In this document: piece after piece, positions 1 to 9,727 of the stretch
How the letters are laid out: the number at the start of each line of letters is the position of its first letter
How positions within the stretch are numbered: the first letter of the stretch is position 1
Translations under genes and position numbers: made by a program
Assembly (NCBI GenBank): GCA_963777605.1
Contig: CAVZRV010000007.1
Location: forward strand, 704,001 to 768,000
DNA length: 64,000 nt
Reading direction: 5' to 3'
Source of the DNA: an uncultured Acidobacteriota bacterium
GTDB taxonomy: Bacteria > Acidobacteriota > UBA6911 > RPQK01 > JAPXNP01
Notes under the pieces: generated by a model
The model's input: only the letters and a program-made list of their open reading frames with translations
Database searches by the model: none
Told to the model about the DNA's origin: nothing

Positions 1-310
1 CGGCGACCCACATCCAGAACAATGCACCCGGGCCTCCCTGGGTGATCGCGATCGCAACTCCACCTATATTGCCCATTCCGACCGTCGCCGCAAGAGCCGT
101 GCTGACCGCCTGGAACTGGCTGATCTCCCCCGGGTCCTGGTCGCGCCGGTAATCTCCCCGGAGAACCTTCCAGGTCTGACCCAGACGGATCAGGGGCAAG
201 AACCTGGAATAGAGAAGGAGCACACTGCCACCACCGACAAGAAGAATGAGCAGGGGCATTCCCCAGGCATATCCCACTGCGGCTGCGAGCAGTCGATCAA
301 TTGTCGCCAT
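1..310 (-). CDS. Alanine/glycine:cation symporter (AGCS/AlsT family), 5' part; runs off the window
   Basis: Manual translation from ATG at 310: MATIDRLLAAAVGYAWGMPLLILL...GEISQFQAVSTALAATVGMGNIGGVAIAITQGGPGALFWMWVA, the typical AGCS N-terminal signature. Not in the ORF track because it is truncated. Confidence 0.9.
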   Translation of the reverse strand, partial: MATIDRLLAAAVGYAWGMPLLILLVGGGSVLLLYSRFLPLIRLGQTWKVLRGDYRRDQDPGEISQFQAVSTALAATVGMGNIGGVAIAITQGGPGALFWMWVA

Positions 311-326
311 AGGCTAACCAGTTGAC

Positions 327-2561
327 TCAGGCAGGCTTCAGTTTCGCATAACTCTGCAACAGTTTCTTGACTCCAAGCCCTGGAAATCGGACCGTGACCT
401 TCAGATCGTCGCCGGTCGATTCCACGTCGAGAACCTGTCCTTTTCCAAAGCGCTCGTGAACGATCAGGGTTCCCTTCTGCAGGCCGCCGCTCGACTTCTT
501 CGAGGTCCGGTTCGCGAGGGCCTGCTTGATGCTTTCCGGGGAATTGTAGGTTCGCCCCGAAAAGTTCGACTTTGGTTTGGCCGGCACGCTCAGGGACGAG
601 GCCTGCAAGTGCACCGGCGCCGCAAACGAACGAGAACCGTGAAAACCGGCCGAGTAACGATTCTCGATCAACTCGGTCGGGATCTCATGGAGGAAGCGAC
701 TCGGCTGGTTGATCTCGTTGCTGTCCCGACCGAAAAACCGACGGTGGCGGGAATAACTGAGATAGAGCCGCCGACGCGCGCGGGTCAGTCCCACGTAGCA
801 AAGCCGGCGCTCTTCCTCGAGGTCGTTTTCGGCAATCGAACGGCTGTGGGGGAAGAGGCCCTCCTCGCACCCGGCCAGGAAGACCACCGGGAACTCCAGG
901 CCTTTCGCATTGTGAAGCGTCATCAGGGTGACATCCGCGGTTTCATCGACGTCATCGAGTTCGGTGTGAAGGGCCGCTTCATCCAGAAACTGTTGCCAAG
1001 ATTCCGCCCCCTCGTATTCGCGGGCAACATTCATCAGTTCCTTCAGATTGAGGATCCGGTTGGAGGCTTCCTCCGAGCCGTCCTCTTCCAGCCAGCGAAA
1101 ATAGCCGACCTTCTTGAGGATCTTCTCCATCGCCAGGTGCAGCGGTAAATCCCTCATCTCACGACACGCCTCAACCAGGTCGGCGAAGTCCTGCAGAGCC
1201 CGGTGCGTCCGGGCAGGGAACTCCTGATCGGCAAGGGACTTCAGGATCGCCTCCCAGATCGGGATGGAGTGGTCGGATGACATCCGCAGAAGCCGGCTTC
1301 GGGTCCGTTCCCCTATTCTCCGGGGGGGTTCATTCAGAATTCGTCCCAGAGAAACATCGTCTCCGGGATTGAGGACGACTCGCAGGTAAGCCGTCGCGTC
1401 CCGCACCTCGCGACGATGGTAGAAGCTGACTCCCCCCACCAGCTTGTAGGGGATCGACAGCCGGCGAAACGCCTCTTCAAACTGCCGCGACTGGAAGTTT
1501 GTGCGATAGAGAACCGCAATGCTGCGAATGCCGTCCTGCCGATGCAGGTAGGTCTGCTGGGCCACGAATGCCGCCTCGGTCCCCGCGTCCTCCGCCACAA
1601 AAACAGTGATCGGCTCTCCCTTGGGTAGTTCCGTCCAAAGCACCTTGTCTTTGCGGTTCAGGTTGTTGGAAACCACCGCCGTCGCTGCACTCAGGATGGT
1701 TTGGCAGGAGCGATAGTTCTGCTCGAGTTTGATTACCACGGCCCCAGGGAAATCGGCCTCAAAACGAAGGATGTTGGTAATGTCGGCGCCCCTGAATCCG
1801 TAGATCGCCTGGTCTTCGTCCCCCACCGCACTGAGGTTCTGATGGGTAACCGTCATGAGGCGAATCATTTCGTACTGGGGTGGGTTCGTGTCCTGGTATT
1901 CGTCGATCAGGAGATAGCGGAAAGTGTCGCCGTATCTGCGGCAGAGCTCAGGATTATCGCGGAACAGCTGCACGCTCAGAATCAGGAGGTCGTCGAAATC
2001 GACGCCGTTGGAACGACGGATCAGTTCCTGGTAGCCCTTGTAGAGTTCGTAAAGGATCTCGGCATCGAAATCACGACTCTCCCTCAGAAAATCTTCGGGA
2101 GACCACCCTCGGTTCTTGGAGCGGCTGATCATGCCTCTCGTCTTCTCGAGAGGCACGTCCTCGTCTTTCAGTTCCCGTTCACGGTAAAGCTGCTTGATCA
2201 ACCGTTTCTGGTCATCGACGTCACAGATGGCGAAGTCGGTACGCAGATCCAGCAACCCGGCGTGGCGACGCAGGAGGCGTACTCCGAAGGAGTGGAAGGT
2301 GCTGATCAAGGGAGCATACATTGAACCGCCCACTAACTCCTGCACCCGGGTACGCATCTCGGCTGCAGCCTTGTTCGTAAAGGTGACCGCGAGGATTTGA
2401 TCGGGGCGGGCAAAACCGTTCTGGATCAGGTAGGCGATCTTGTAGGTGATCGTCCGCGTCTTCCCACTCCCGGCTCCAGCCAGAATCAGGACGGGGCCCT
2501 CCACGTGCCGAACGGCGCGCCACTGTTCCGAGTTCAGCTCTTTCTCGAAGTCAATTGCCAT
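327..2561 (-). CDS. pcrA: ATP-dependent DNA helicase PcrA/UvrD
   Basis: SF1A motifs AGAGSGKT, TFTNKAA, DEYQD, GDEDQAIYGFRGA, QNYRS, TLHNAKGLEF, EERRLCYVGLTRA; C-terminal Tudor-like HERFGKG domain. Confidence 0.96.
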   Translation of the reverse strand: MAIDFEKELNSEQWRAVRHVEGPVLILAGAGSGKTRTITYKIAYLIQNGFARPDQILAVTFTNKAAAEMRTRVQELVGGSMYAPLISTFHSFGVRLLRRHAGLLDLRTDFAICDVDDQKRLIKQLYRERELKDEDVPLEKTRGMISRSKNRGWSPEDFLRESRDFDAEILYELYKGYQELIRRSNGVDFDDLLILSVQLFRDNPELCRRYGDTFRYLLIDEYQDTNPPQYEMIRLMTVTHQNLSAVGDEDQAIYGFRGADITNILRFEADFPGAVVIKLEQNYRSCQTILSAATAVVSNNLNRKDKVLWTELPKGEPITVFVAEDAGTEAAFVAQQTYLHRQDGIRSIAVLYRTNFQSRQFEEAFRRLSIPYKLVGGVSFYHRREVRDATAYLRVVLNPGDDVSLGRILNEPPRRIGERTRSRLLRMSSDHSIPIWEAILKSLADQEFPARTHRALQDFADLVEACREMRDLPLHLAMEKILKKVGYFRWLEEDGSEEASNRILNLKELMNVAREYEGAESWQQFLDEAALHTELDDVDETADVTLMTLHNAKGLEFPVVFLAGCEEGLFPHSRSIAENDLEEERRLCYVGLTRARRRLYLSYSRHRRFFGRDSNEINQPSRFLHEIPTELIENRYSAGFHGSRSFAAPVHLQASSLSVPAKPKSNFSGRTYNSPESIKQALANRTSKKSSGGLQKGTLIVHERFGKGQVLDVESTGDDLKVTVRFPGLGVKKLLQSYAKLKPA

Positions 2562-2674
2562 TGGTCTCTGCCCCGGAAATGCACAAAAACAGGTCTATCA
2601 GAGTAACACCCCTACACGACAGCCGCGCCAGTAGCTCCCTGGTCAGCCCCGCCCCCGTGCGGTGCGCCGACCAT

Positions 2675-2849
2675 TCGCTGAAGTGAAACTGTTTTCGAAT
2701 CGGGAATCAGGAAGCGAGAATGAACCCACACTTCAGCGAGATCAGGCCGCGATGGAGTGAGAAGCACCCGATTTTCGTCATTCGACAACCATTCTCGATG
2801 CTCGCTTCTCGATTCCCGATTCCTCCCCCGGTCTCCGGTCTCCTGTCCG
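2675..2849. repeat. Intergenic interlocking inverted repeats with 7-nt periodicity
   Basis: TCGCTGAAGTG (2675-2685) is the exact reverse complement of 2729-2739; GAATCGGGAATCAGGAAGCGAG (2697-2718) matches the reverse complement of 2801-2822 at 20/22; heptamer-like units (GAATCGG/GAATCAG/GAAGCGA; TCTCCGG/TCTCCTG). Confidence 0.7.
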
Positions 2850-2884
2850 TGAAGTTTAAGGTTCGCGAAAGGGACTGGCCCGGC

Positions 2885-2923
2885 AAAAAAATTGGGGCGT
2901 ACCCGCGGCCGCGGATACGCCCC
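2885..2923 (-). terminator. Intrinsic terminator of the TPR gene
   Basis: GC-rich hairpin GGGGCGTACCCGCGGCCGCGGATACGCCCC with an A7 run on its left (U tract on the minus strand), 30 nt after the stop at 2953; enclosed by a further GGCCCGGCAA/TTGCCGGGCC inverted repeat. Confidence 0.8.
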
Positions 2924-2952
2924 TGCAATGACCAGTTGCCGGGCCGGCGGAA

Positions 2953-3951
2953 TCAGTTTCCGGCAGCCCGCTCGAGAAATTCGTCGAAGCCGGCAAGCGA
3001 ACCATTGTGGGTTGCGCGATAGAGCTTCTCCAACTGCTTCCGGCAAGGATCGGCGTAATCCGTCCCGCCGAGAACCGTGCACTTGGCAAAAGACTTCATG
3101 GCCGGTTCAAACTGTTCCTGGTTCCAGTAGGCCATCCCGATAAAATACTCACCCTCGGCCACGCGGGTCTTGTTCTTGGGGGCCAGCTTCAGAGCAGGCT
3201 GGTACATTTTCGGAACATTCGCCCAATTCTTGGTCTCGTAGGCGTGATGCCCCATGATCGTATAGGCCACCGATTTCTCTTCGTTAACGAAGCTCTGCCA
3301 CTCGGCGTCTGGAACCTGGGCCGGCTTGGGCGCTTCGTCAAGGGCCTTGATGCTCAGGTTGGCGTACTTGTCGGCCGTGGCCCAGTCTTTCTTCTGGGCG
3401 TAGTACTTCATGATCGTGGGGAGCAGGTCGTAGCACTGTTCCGGAGAAACGGTCGGGCAGTACTTCTCAGCGAACTCAACCGCCTTCTCGGCGTTGCCCG
3501 AAGAGTTATAGGAACGTGCCAATATCATAACGATCTGCGGATCATCGGGCTTTGCCGCATAGACCTTCTCGCCATACTTGATCGCCTTGTCGTATTGCTG
3601 GGAGAAGTAATCCGACCAAGCCGTCAGATAGAGGATCGTGGCGTTTTCAGGATCGACGTCGTTCAGGAATTTCTCGCCCTGCGTTGCAGCCTTGGCGTAG
3701 TCCCCCTCCTGAACGTAACCATTCAGCAGCTTCGCGTACCCGTCAATCGCGTACTGCTTGAGCGATGACTGCGGATGAGCCTTGATGAAGACAATAATTG
3801 CATCTTCTCCATCCTCCATCGCTTTCTGATATTCGTTGTACTCTTCGATGGTGTAGTCCTGGGCGAAAGCCACACCGGCATTCAGCAGCAGTACGAACCC
3901 AAAGAAGAGAATTCCCCACCCAGATTTCTGTCTCCATTTTTCGCGTGACAT
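2953..3951 (-). CDS. Exported tetratricopeptide-repeat (TPR) protein
   Basis: Signal peptide ending AFA|QD; repeated helical units (YDKAIKYGEKVYAAKPDD, GEYFIGMAYWNQEQFEPAMKSF). Confidence 0.8.
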   Translation of the reverse strand: MSREKWRQKSGWGILFFGFVLLLNAGVAFAQDYTIEEYNEYQKAMEDGEDAIIVFIKAHPQSSLKQYAIDGYAKLLNGYVQEGDYAKAATQGEKFLNDVDPENATILYLTAWSDYFSQQYDKAIKYGEKVYAAKPDDPQIVMILARSYNSSGNAEKAVEFAEKYCPTVSPEQCYDLLPTIMKYYAQKKDWATADKYANLSIKALDEAPKPAQVPDAEWQSFVNEEKSVAYTIMGHHAYETKNWANVPKMYQPALKLAPKNKTRVAEGEYFIGMAYWNQEQFEPAMKSFAKCTVLGGTDYADPCRKQLEKLYRATHNGSLAGFDEFLERAAGN

Positions 3952-4125
3952 TATTTGTCAAGGCCTCCATCCAGATTCGTTATTTCTCTCATGCCTTGCT
4001 TGCGAGGTGCCCCCGGCCCGAAGCCGGGCGCGGGAGAAGTTGCCATTGTAAGCACCTGCGAGCTTTCTGGCAATAGTTCTGATGAACGCGGATCCCTAAA
4101 GTTGCGCCCGTATAATGATCTGTAC

Positions 4126-5103
4126 ATGACGACTGGAAAGAGCACCAGCCTCCTGTCCATCCCTGTTGAACAGATCGATTCTACAGATTCGTTCTACTCG
4201 CATCCAACTTGCGACGCAAGCCCCAGTGAGTGCCTCCGAAGATCGATCAGCGCCTGCGGCATCGGCACTCCCCTGGTTCTGGAACCGGCTGGGACCCGGC
4301 GTTTTCGAATCGTGGACGGATTCCGTCGTTACCAGGTTGCTCTCGAACTCGGCTACCGCGAAATCCCGGGAACACTGGTCTCGGGCAATCCCACGGATCA
4401 TTTTCTGCTGGCGATCGCTCTGAACTCCGCGCACCGCAACTGGAGCGAGCTTGACCTCGCCGAACTGGTGGTCCGGCTGGAGCGCGAGTTCGGGCTTACC
4501 CGGGAGCGGGTCACTTCGAAGGTTGGCCCATTGGTCGATCGGCCGCTCCAGGGAGAAGTCCTGATCAGGCTCGAGCGTCTCGGCTCACTTCCGGACCGGC
4601 TTCGGGAAGCCGCCCGCGGCCGCCTCACGTCGTCCGCCGCCCTTTCACTGGCGAAGCTCCCAGAGGAGGACTGGCTCTTCCTGATCGAAGTGGTCGAGAA
4701 CCTCCAACTCGGCCAGAACAAGCAACGGGAAATTCTGGAGTTGTTCGAGGAACTGGTCCGCCGAGAGGAAGTGCGGGCAGCCGAGATTTGGGAACGGAGC
4801 GGTGCCGGGGCCATCGCGCAATCGTCAGAATTGTCTCCATCCGACCGGTTCCAAGGAGTGAAAAGAGCCCTCTGGCGACTTCGCTTCCCTACCCTGAGCC
4901 GCCATGAAGCCCGCTTTCAGGAACTGACGCGAGGAATGAAGCTTCCTCGCGGTGTAGGGGTCCACACGCCCCCCTTCTTTGAAGGTGACCGGCTCGAGAT
5001 CCGGCTCCGTCCCGCTTCTCAGGCAGAACTCCGAGAGGCTCTGGAAAAGCTTTCCTCCGGCCCGGTGCTGGACCGGTTCGAGGAAATATTTGAGATGCTT
5101 TAG
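4126..5103 (+). CDS. ParB/Sulfiredoxin N-terminal domain protein
   Basis: SISACGIGTPLVL...FRIVDGFRRYQVALELG ParB-N motif followed by a helical region. Start moved from 3955 to ATG 4126, which follows TATAAT at 4111-4116. Confidence 0.8.
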   Translation: MTTGKSTSLLSIPVEQIDSTDSFYSHPTCDASPSECLRRSISACGIGTPLVLEPAGTRRFRIVDGFRRYQVALELGYREIPGTLVSGNPTDHFLLAIALNSAHRNWSELDLAELVVRLEREFGLTRERVTSKVGPLVDRPLQGEVLIRLERLGSLPDRLREAARGRLTSSAALSLAKLPEEDWLFLIEVVENLQLGQNKQREILELFEELVRREEVRAAEIWERSGAGAIAQSSELSPSDRFQGVKRALWRLRFPTLSRHEARFQELTRGMKLPRGVGVHTPPFFEGDRLEIRLRPASQAELREALEKLSSGPVLDRFEEIFEML

Positions 5104-5105
5104 AT

Positions 5106-6242
5106 ATGCTCCCCTATCGCCCCGAAAAGATCCTGGTCGAGCAGGGTGCGGAAACCAGTTCCGTTACCCGGCGCATACTGGCACGGCTCCCCGACGTTCC
5201 GGTCGAGACGGTGCCCTCTGCCGAAGCCCTGCTCGAATCGAAGAAACGGGAACGGCCCACTCTGACCGAGGCCAAACGGTCACTGCTGCTCGCCCGATTC
5301 AAGGGAGACTTCTTCAAGGAATGTCCCGGCCAGCAAAGCCGGGCGGTCGTTCCCAATGTTTGCTGCGACTACTTCGTCATCAACCTGACCAGCAACTGTC
5401 ACATGGAGTGCACCTACTGCTTCCTTCAGTCCTATCTCACCTTCCCCTACCTGGTCGTCTACGTGAACATCGATGACCTGTTTCGCGAACTGAGCCGGAG
5501 GTTCGCGGCCGAGCCAGATCGGGTCTTTCGAGTCGGAACCGGGGAACTGGCCGACAGCCTGGCCCTCGATCACCTGACGGGCTACGGCCAGAGCCTCGTC
5601 GGATTTTTCGCGACACAGCGGAACGCCATTCTCGAGCTCAAAACCAAGACCGGCATGGTGGATGACCTGATTGGGCTCAGGCACAACCGGAGAACAATCC
5701 TGGCCTGGTCGGTCAATCCTCCGGACGTGGTCCGGCTCGAGGAACTCAAAACGTCTTCCCTTTCGCGACGCCTCTCGGCAGCCTCCCGGTGCTGTGCGGC
5801 CGGCTATCCAATCGGGTTTCACTTCGATCCGCTCGTTCACTACCAGGACTGGGCTCGCGACTACCGGGAACTGGTTGACCGCATCTTCGCCGCGGTACCT
5901 CCCGACCAGGTGGCATGGATCTCCCTGGGCGGATTGCGCATGCCATCAGCACAGCGGGAAGGGATCAAAGAGCGATTCCCCCACAGCTCACTTCCCTACG
6001 GCGAACTGGTCCCGGCCGAAGACGGGAAGCTTCGCTATTTCAAAGCGATACGGCTGGAGATGTACCATTCGCTGCTGGGTTGGATCAGGGAACACTCGCC
6101 CCAGGCCCGGGTCTATACCTGCATGGAGCGCCCGGAGGTCTGGCGGCGGGTATTCGAAGGAACTCCACCATCCAACCGCGAGTTGAATGACTACCTGACC
6201 GGGGAGTGGGCCCCAACTGGGTCCGACCAGGCAGGCCTCTGA
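5106..6242 (+). CDS. Spore photoproduct lyase-like (SplB family) radical SAM protein
   Basis: CxxxCxxC (CHMECTYC) followed by FLQSY; VYVN, RVGTGELADSL, LELKTK, WSVNP, GFHFDP, YTCME motifs typical of SPL-like proteins. Confidence 0.85.
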   Translation: MLPYRPEKILVEQGAETSSVTRRILARLPDVPVETVPSAEALLESKKRERPTLTEAKRSLLLARFKGDFFKECPGQQSRAVVPNVCCDYFVINLTSNCHMECTYCFLQSYLTFPYLVVYVNIDDLFRELSRRFAAEPDRVFRVGTGELADSLALDHLTGYGQSLVGFFATQRNAILELKTKTGMVDDLIGLRHNRRTILAWSVNPPDVVRLEELKTSSLSRRLSAASRCCAAGYPIGFHFDPLVHYQDWARDYRELVDRIFAAVPPDQVAWISLGGLRMPSAQREGIKERFPHSSLPYGELVPAEDGKLRYFKAIRLEMYHSLLGWIREHSPQARVYTCMERPEVWRRVFEGTPPSNRELNDYLTGEWAPTGSDQAGL

Positions 6243-6253
6243 CCGAGGAAGCG

Positions 6254-7141
6254 TTAGGCCCGATTGGCGTCCAGGCAGTCGATGACCGCCGGCGCAATAT
6301 CATCGAGAGCGGCGGTCGAGTCAAAGTGCTCCCGGATCGGTCCCCAGAGCAGAGTGGGAACCTCGTTCAAGGTATGGGTCTTTCTGCTGAAATCTTCGAA
6401 ATTTCCATGATCGCTGCAGACCAGCAACGAAACAGTCTCCGGGTCGATCTCATCAACCAGTGCAGCCAGGAAGTCATCCAGGCAACGGGCCAGGTTCACT
6501 CCCTCGTCCAACGTGCCCCGGTGACCGACGAGATCAGTCATGAAGTACTCGTACAGGACCAGGTCGAACGGGCCGGAGAGCGCAGCCAGAATCTCGGCGG
6601 CACGGCGGGAAGTAAACGTCTTCACCTCCGCGTCGCGGTCCCGTAGCCACTGGTTCGTGAAATCCATGAAAAGGCCTCGATTTTCGCGGAGGTCGTCCAT
6701 CGTTCGAAGCGGTACACCGGCCGACTCGCACATCACCGTGGTCGCTGAGACCCACCGGGGACGCGATTGGAAGAAGCGAGGGGTGTAAACGTTCGCAAAC
6801 GTCACCGGACGTCCCCGGTCGCGCATCCGCCGGAAAAGGGAACCCTCAGCAAGTTTCTCTCGCAGTACCCGGTTTGGAAATCCCTGGAGATGGTAGCCCA
6901 GCAGGAGGGCAGCGTTTTCACCCGTAAAGAGAGTCGTCTGCCCGGTCGCGCTCTGGGGCAAGCCTTCGACAGACAAAGTTGCGTCTGTGCGGACACAAAC
7001 GCCTCCCTTGGGAAGAGAAGTTTGCCTTTCCTGAAAGAAATTGAGGACTGCGCCCGAGAACCGAGCCATCGGATTGACCGCAGGATCTTTCGGGCCGATC
7101 CCGAGGCCATCGATAAAAACCAGGATCATCTTGCTCTTCAT
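6254..7141 (-). CDS. Metalloenzyme, alkaline phosphatase/phosphoglycerate mutase superfamily
   Basis: FIDGLGIG, PQSATGQT, DLVGH, SDHGN, HTLNEVP metal-binding motifs; start taken at MKSKMILV. Confidence 0.85.
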   Translation of the reverse strand: MKSKMILVFIDGLGIGPKDPAVNPMARFSGAVLNFFQERQTSLPKGGVCVRTDATLSVEGLPQSATGQTTLFTGENAALLLGYHLQGFPNRVLREKLAEGSLFRRMRDRGRPVTFANVYTPRFFQSRPRWVSATTVMCESAGVPLRTMDDLRENRGLFMDFTNQWLRDRDAEVKTFTSRRAAEILAALSGPFDLVLYEYFMTDLVGHRGTLDEGVNLARCLDDFLAALVDEIDPETVSLLVCSDHGNFEDFSRKTHTLNEVPTLLWGPIREHFDSTAALDDIAPAVIDCLDANRA

Positions 7142-7261
7142 GGTGATACCCGATTCCGTCATCGGCGGCGGTTCCCGTACACGAGGGGTTAAAGCAGTGC
7201 CGCGGTCCGATATAATGACCACTTCCGAAGAGGTTTCAACTTCCCTTTCGCGAAGGTAACC

Positions 7262-9226
7262 GTGGACGCCCCAAAGTTAAAGCTCCCTCGAATGGCGGGT
7301 TACACAATTGTAGCAGCAGCCGTTTTCCTGGTTGGGAAGGTGACCTCCATGTTTCTTCCAGGGAACATCCTGGGCGTTCTGCAGGACATCGGCGTTCTCG
7401 CCCTGGCCGTCTCCGCCGTCTATTACGCCGTCCAGAGCTTCAACTGGATGCGGAGAGTGCTTCTCTGGAAGGTGCGCAACCGAATCATCGTTTCCTTTGC
7501 GGTCGTCGGCTTCCTTCCGCTGATAGTGCTGCTGATCTTCTCTTCAATCACCCTTTACCTGATCTCACAGCGCCTGAGCAATTTCTACCTCCAGAGCGAA
7601 CTCCAACAGATCTCCAGTATGCTCGACGAAGCTGGGCGCCAATCTGTCGTCAACTACCTGAGAAGACAGAACTCCAGCGTCCAGCACCTCGAAGAGGCAG
7701 CCCGCGCCGGGCTCCAGCGTATCCCCTTCGGCCTCAAGAACACCACCTGCTACATCTATCGGGCGTCTCCCCCCGGCACCCGGACGTTCAGCTGGGTCGC
7801 CACGGTCTCGGCGGAAGGAGGACCGACGCGCGAAGCCCCCCCGCTGTCACGCTGGATCCAGTCCGGCTTCTCGGGCCTGACGCTGGGTGCGGGCGGCCTC
7901 AGCTTCACCAGCGTCTTCGATCCCGACGACGATACCCGTTTCGTGATCCAGCTCCCGTTCGATACAGTAACGTTCGACTACCTGCGCAGGCGGACTTCCC
8001 TTGAACTGCTACTGACAAAATCGACGCCTCGCGACAATCCGGCGGCGTTCGAACGCGCCTATACGACGATCAGTGACGTCAATCGGCAGGGGATCGCAGT
8101 CCGAGGGGTTCACTTCTTCCGACCGGTCGACTGGGCAACCGGAGAACCCGGCGACTACTGGTCGATCGCCTTCTCCCTCCCGGTCCCGGTCCTGCTCGAA
8201 TACTTTTTCCATCAGGAGGTCGGATTCCTCGTACTCATTGCCGGCATCCTGATCGGGACATTTGTCCTGATTGAGATCTTGTCCCTGGTGATCGGCGTCA
8301 TGATTGCGCACCGGATAACCTTCTCGATCCACAACATTTACTCGGCCATCCAGAGCATCCAGGCAGGTGATTTCGGCGCCCAGATTCCCTCCCGGCACCG
8401 CGATCAGCTCGACAACGTGGCGGACTCGGTCAACGACATGTCCTCCAGCATCGTGCACTTGATGCAGGAAGTCTCACGCCGGGAAGCCCTGGAAAAGGAA
8501 CTGGAAATCGCCAAGGAAGTCCAGATCCAACTCTTCCCCCAGCAGTTGCCCACCGTCAACCGGCTGGCCATCTCCGCGGTCTGCCGACCAGCCCGCCAGG
8601 TCAGTGGTGACTATTACGATTTTCTGGTCCAGGATTCGGACGACGTGGACATCGTGGTTGGCGACATTTCCGGCAAGGGAATTTCCGCCGCTCTCCTGAT
8701 GGCGAGCCTCCAGGCCACGATTCGCAATGAACTTGTGGCAACCGACGGAGAGCCGCGGAAGAGGATGGCCCGGGTTGCCCATAACGTCAACCGACGACTT
8801 TATCGCAGGTCATCGCCGGAATCCTACTCGACACTGGTCCTCAACCACTGGGACGCCAGGGCCCGTCACCTCTATTACTGCAACGCCGGTCACCATCCTC
8901 CCCTCCATTTCTCGAAAGGCGAAGTCAATGGACTCACGGTCGGCGGTACCGTCGTTGGGCTATTCGAGAACTGGCAGTTCGAAGCCGGCGCCGTCGAGGT
9001 CAACCCGGGCGACGTCGTGCTCTATTTCACTGACGGCGTGGTCGAGGCAGCCAACGTCGATGGGGAGCAGTTTGGGACCGAGCGCCTCATCGAACTTGTC
9101 CAGCCGAACCTCTTCCTGACTCCCGAGGACATCCAGGAACTGGTCCTCGAGCAAGTTTTCTCCTGGAGCGAGGGTGAAGAGCAGGCGGACGACATCACCG
9201 TCGTTTGCCTCAAAGTGACCGACTGA
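7262..9226 (+). CDS. Membrane sensor HAMP plus SpoIIE/PP2C phosphatase (RsbU-like)
   Basis: Several TM segments, HAMP region (IQAGDFGAQIP...DQLDNVADSVNDM), ELEIAKEVQ, VSGDYYD, GDISGKG, NAGH, TDGVVEA, DDIT. Confidence 0.92.
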   Translation: MDAPKLKLPRMAGYTIVAAAVFLVGKVTSMFLPGNILGVLQDIGVLALAVSAVYYAVQSFNWMRRVLLWKVRNRIIVSFAVVGFLPLIVLLIFSSITLYLISQRLSNFYLQSELQQISSMLDEAGRQSVVNYLRRQNSSVQHLEEAARAGLQRIPFGLKNTTCYIYRASPPGTRTFSWVATVSAEGGPTREAPPLSRWIQSGFSGLTLGAGGLSFTSVFDPDDDTRFVIQLPFDTVTFDYLRRRTSLELLLTKSTPRDNPAAFERAYTTISDVNRQGIAVRGVHFFRPVDWATGEPGDYWSIAFSLPVPVLLEYFFHQEVGFLVLIAGILIGTFVLIEILSLVIGVMIAHRITFSIHNIYSAIQSIQAGDFGAQIPSRHRDQLDNVADSVNDMSSSIVHLMQEVSRREALEKELEIAKEVQIQLFPQQLPTVNRLAISAVCRPARQVSGDYYDFLVQDSDDVDIVVGDISGKGISAALLMASLQATIRNELVATDGEPRKRMARVAHNVNRRLYRRSSPESYSTLVLNHWDARARHLYYCNAGHHPPLHFSKGEVNGLTVGGTVVGLFENWQFEAGAVEVNPGDVVLYFTDGVVEAANVDGEQFGTERLIELVQPNLFLTPEDIQELVLEQVFSWSEGEEQADDITVVCLKVTD

Positions 9227-9727
9227 CTACCCTCGTGGTACGAGCCTGAAACCGCTCAGGGAGAGCTCGGCGTGGCTCGACAGCCAACCCTTGGGGAATT
9301 CCTCTATATAGAACGAGAAAGCCCTCTCGGTGAGCGGATCGATGGCCGGAGTATAGGGGCCCGGCTGAAGAGGAGTTCGCACTTCCTCGGCTACCGGTTT
9401 GTCGTAGTTGAAGAAGGTTAACTTGACCTCGACCACATCGACCGGCCGCTCGCCGTTGTTCACGACGACTCCCGAGACCATCACGATCCTCTTTTTGGCG
9501 AAGTTGAGCCCCATCTGAATATTGGCGTCCTTCAGCTCGAGGAATGACCGATAACGGTCAAACTCCGGATCCCCGGCATGAACAACGCCGGTCAGATCAA
9601 CCTTCTTCTCCTTGACGGAGTTGACGACAAAGATCGCCCCGGCTGCGAGAAGTCCCACGACCACGACAGCCAGGGGAACGATCTTGACCATTGAAAACGA
9701 CTTGCTGCTATCGGACTTCTCGAACAT
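9227..9727 (-). CDS. Membrane-anchored hypothetical protein with a predicted beta-sandwich domain
   Basis: N-terminal TM helix, then VSGVVVNNGERPV...VKLTFFN pattern; abuts the upstream Pal-like gene. Confidence 0.65.
   Translation of the reverse strand: MFEKSDSSKSFSMVKIVPLAVVVVGLLAAGAIFVVNSVKEKKVDLTGVVHAGDPEFDRYRSFLELKDANIQMGLNFAKKRIVMVSGVVVNNGERPVDVVEVKLTFFNYDKPVAEEVRTPLQPGPYTPAIDPLTERAFSFYIEEFPKGWLSSHAELSLSGFRLVPRG

Noticed and set aside
2625-2673. tRNA-like text GCGCCAGTAGCTC...GCCGACCA
   Set aside because: Only about 50 nt, with no anticodon arm or GTTC T-loop and no proper acceptor stem; not a tRNA gene.
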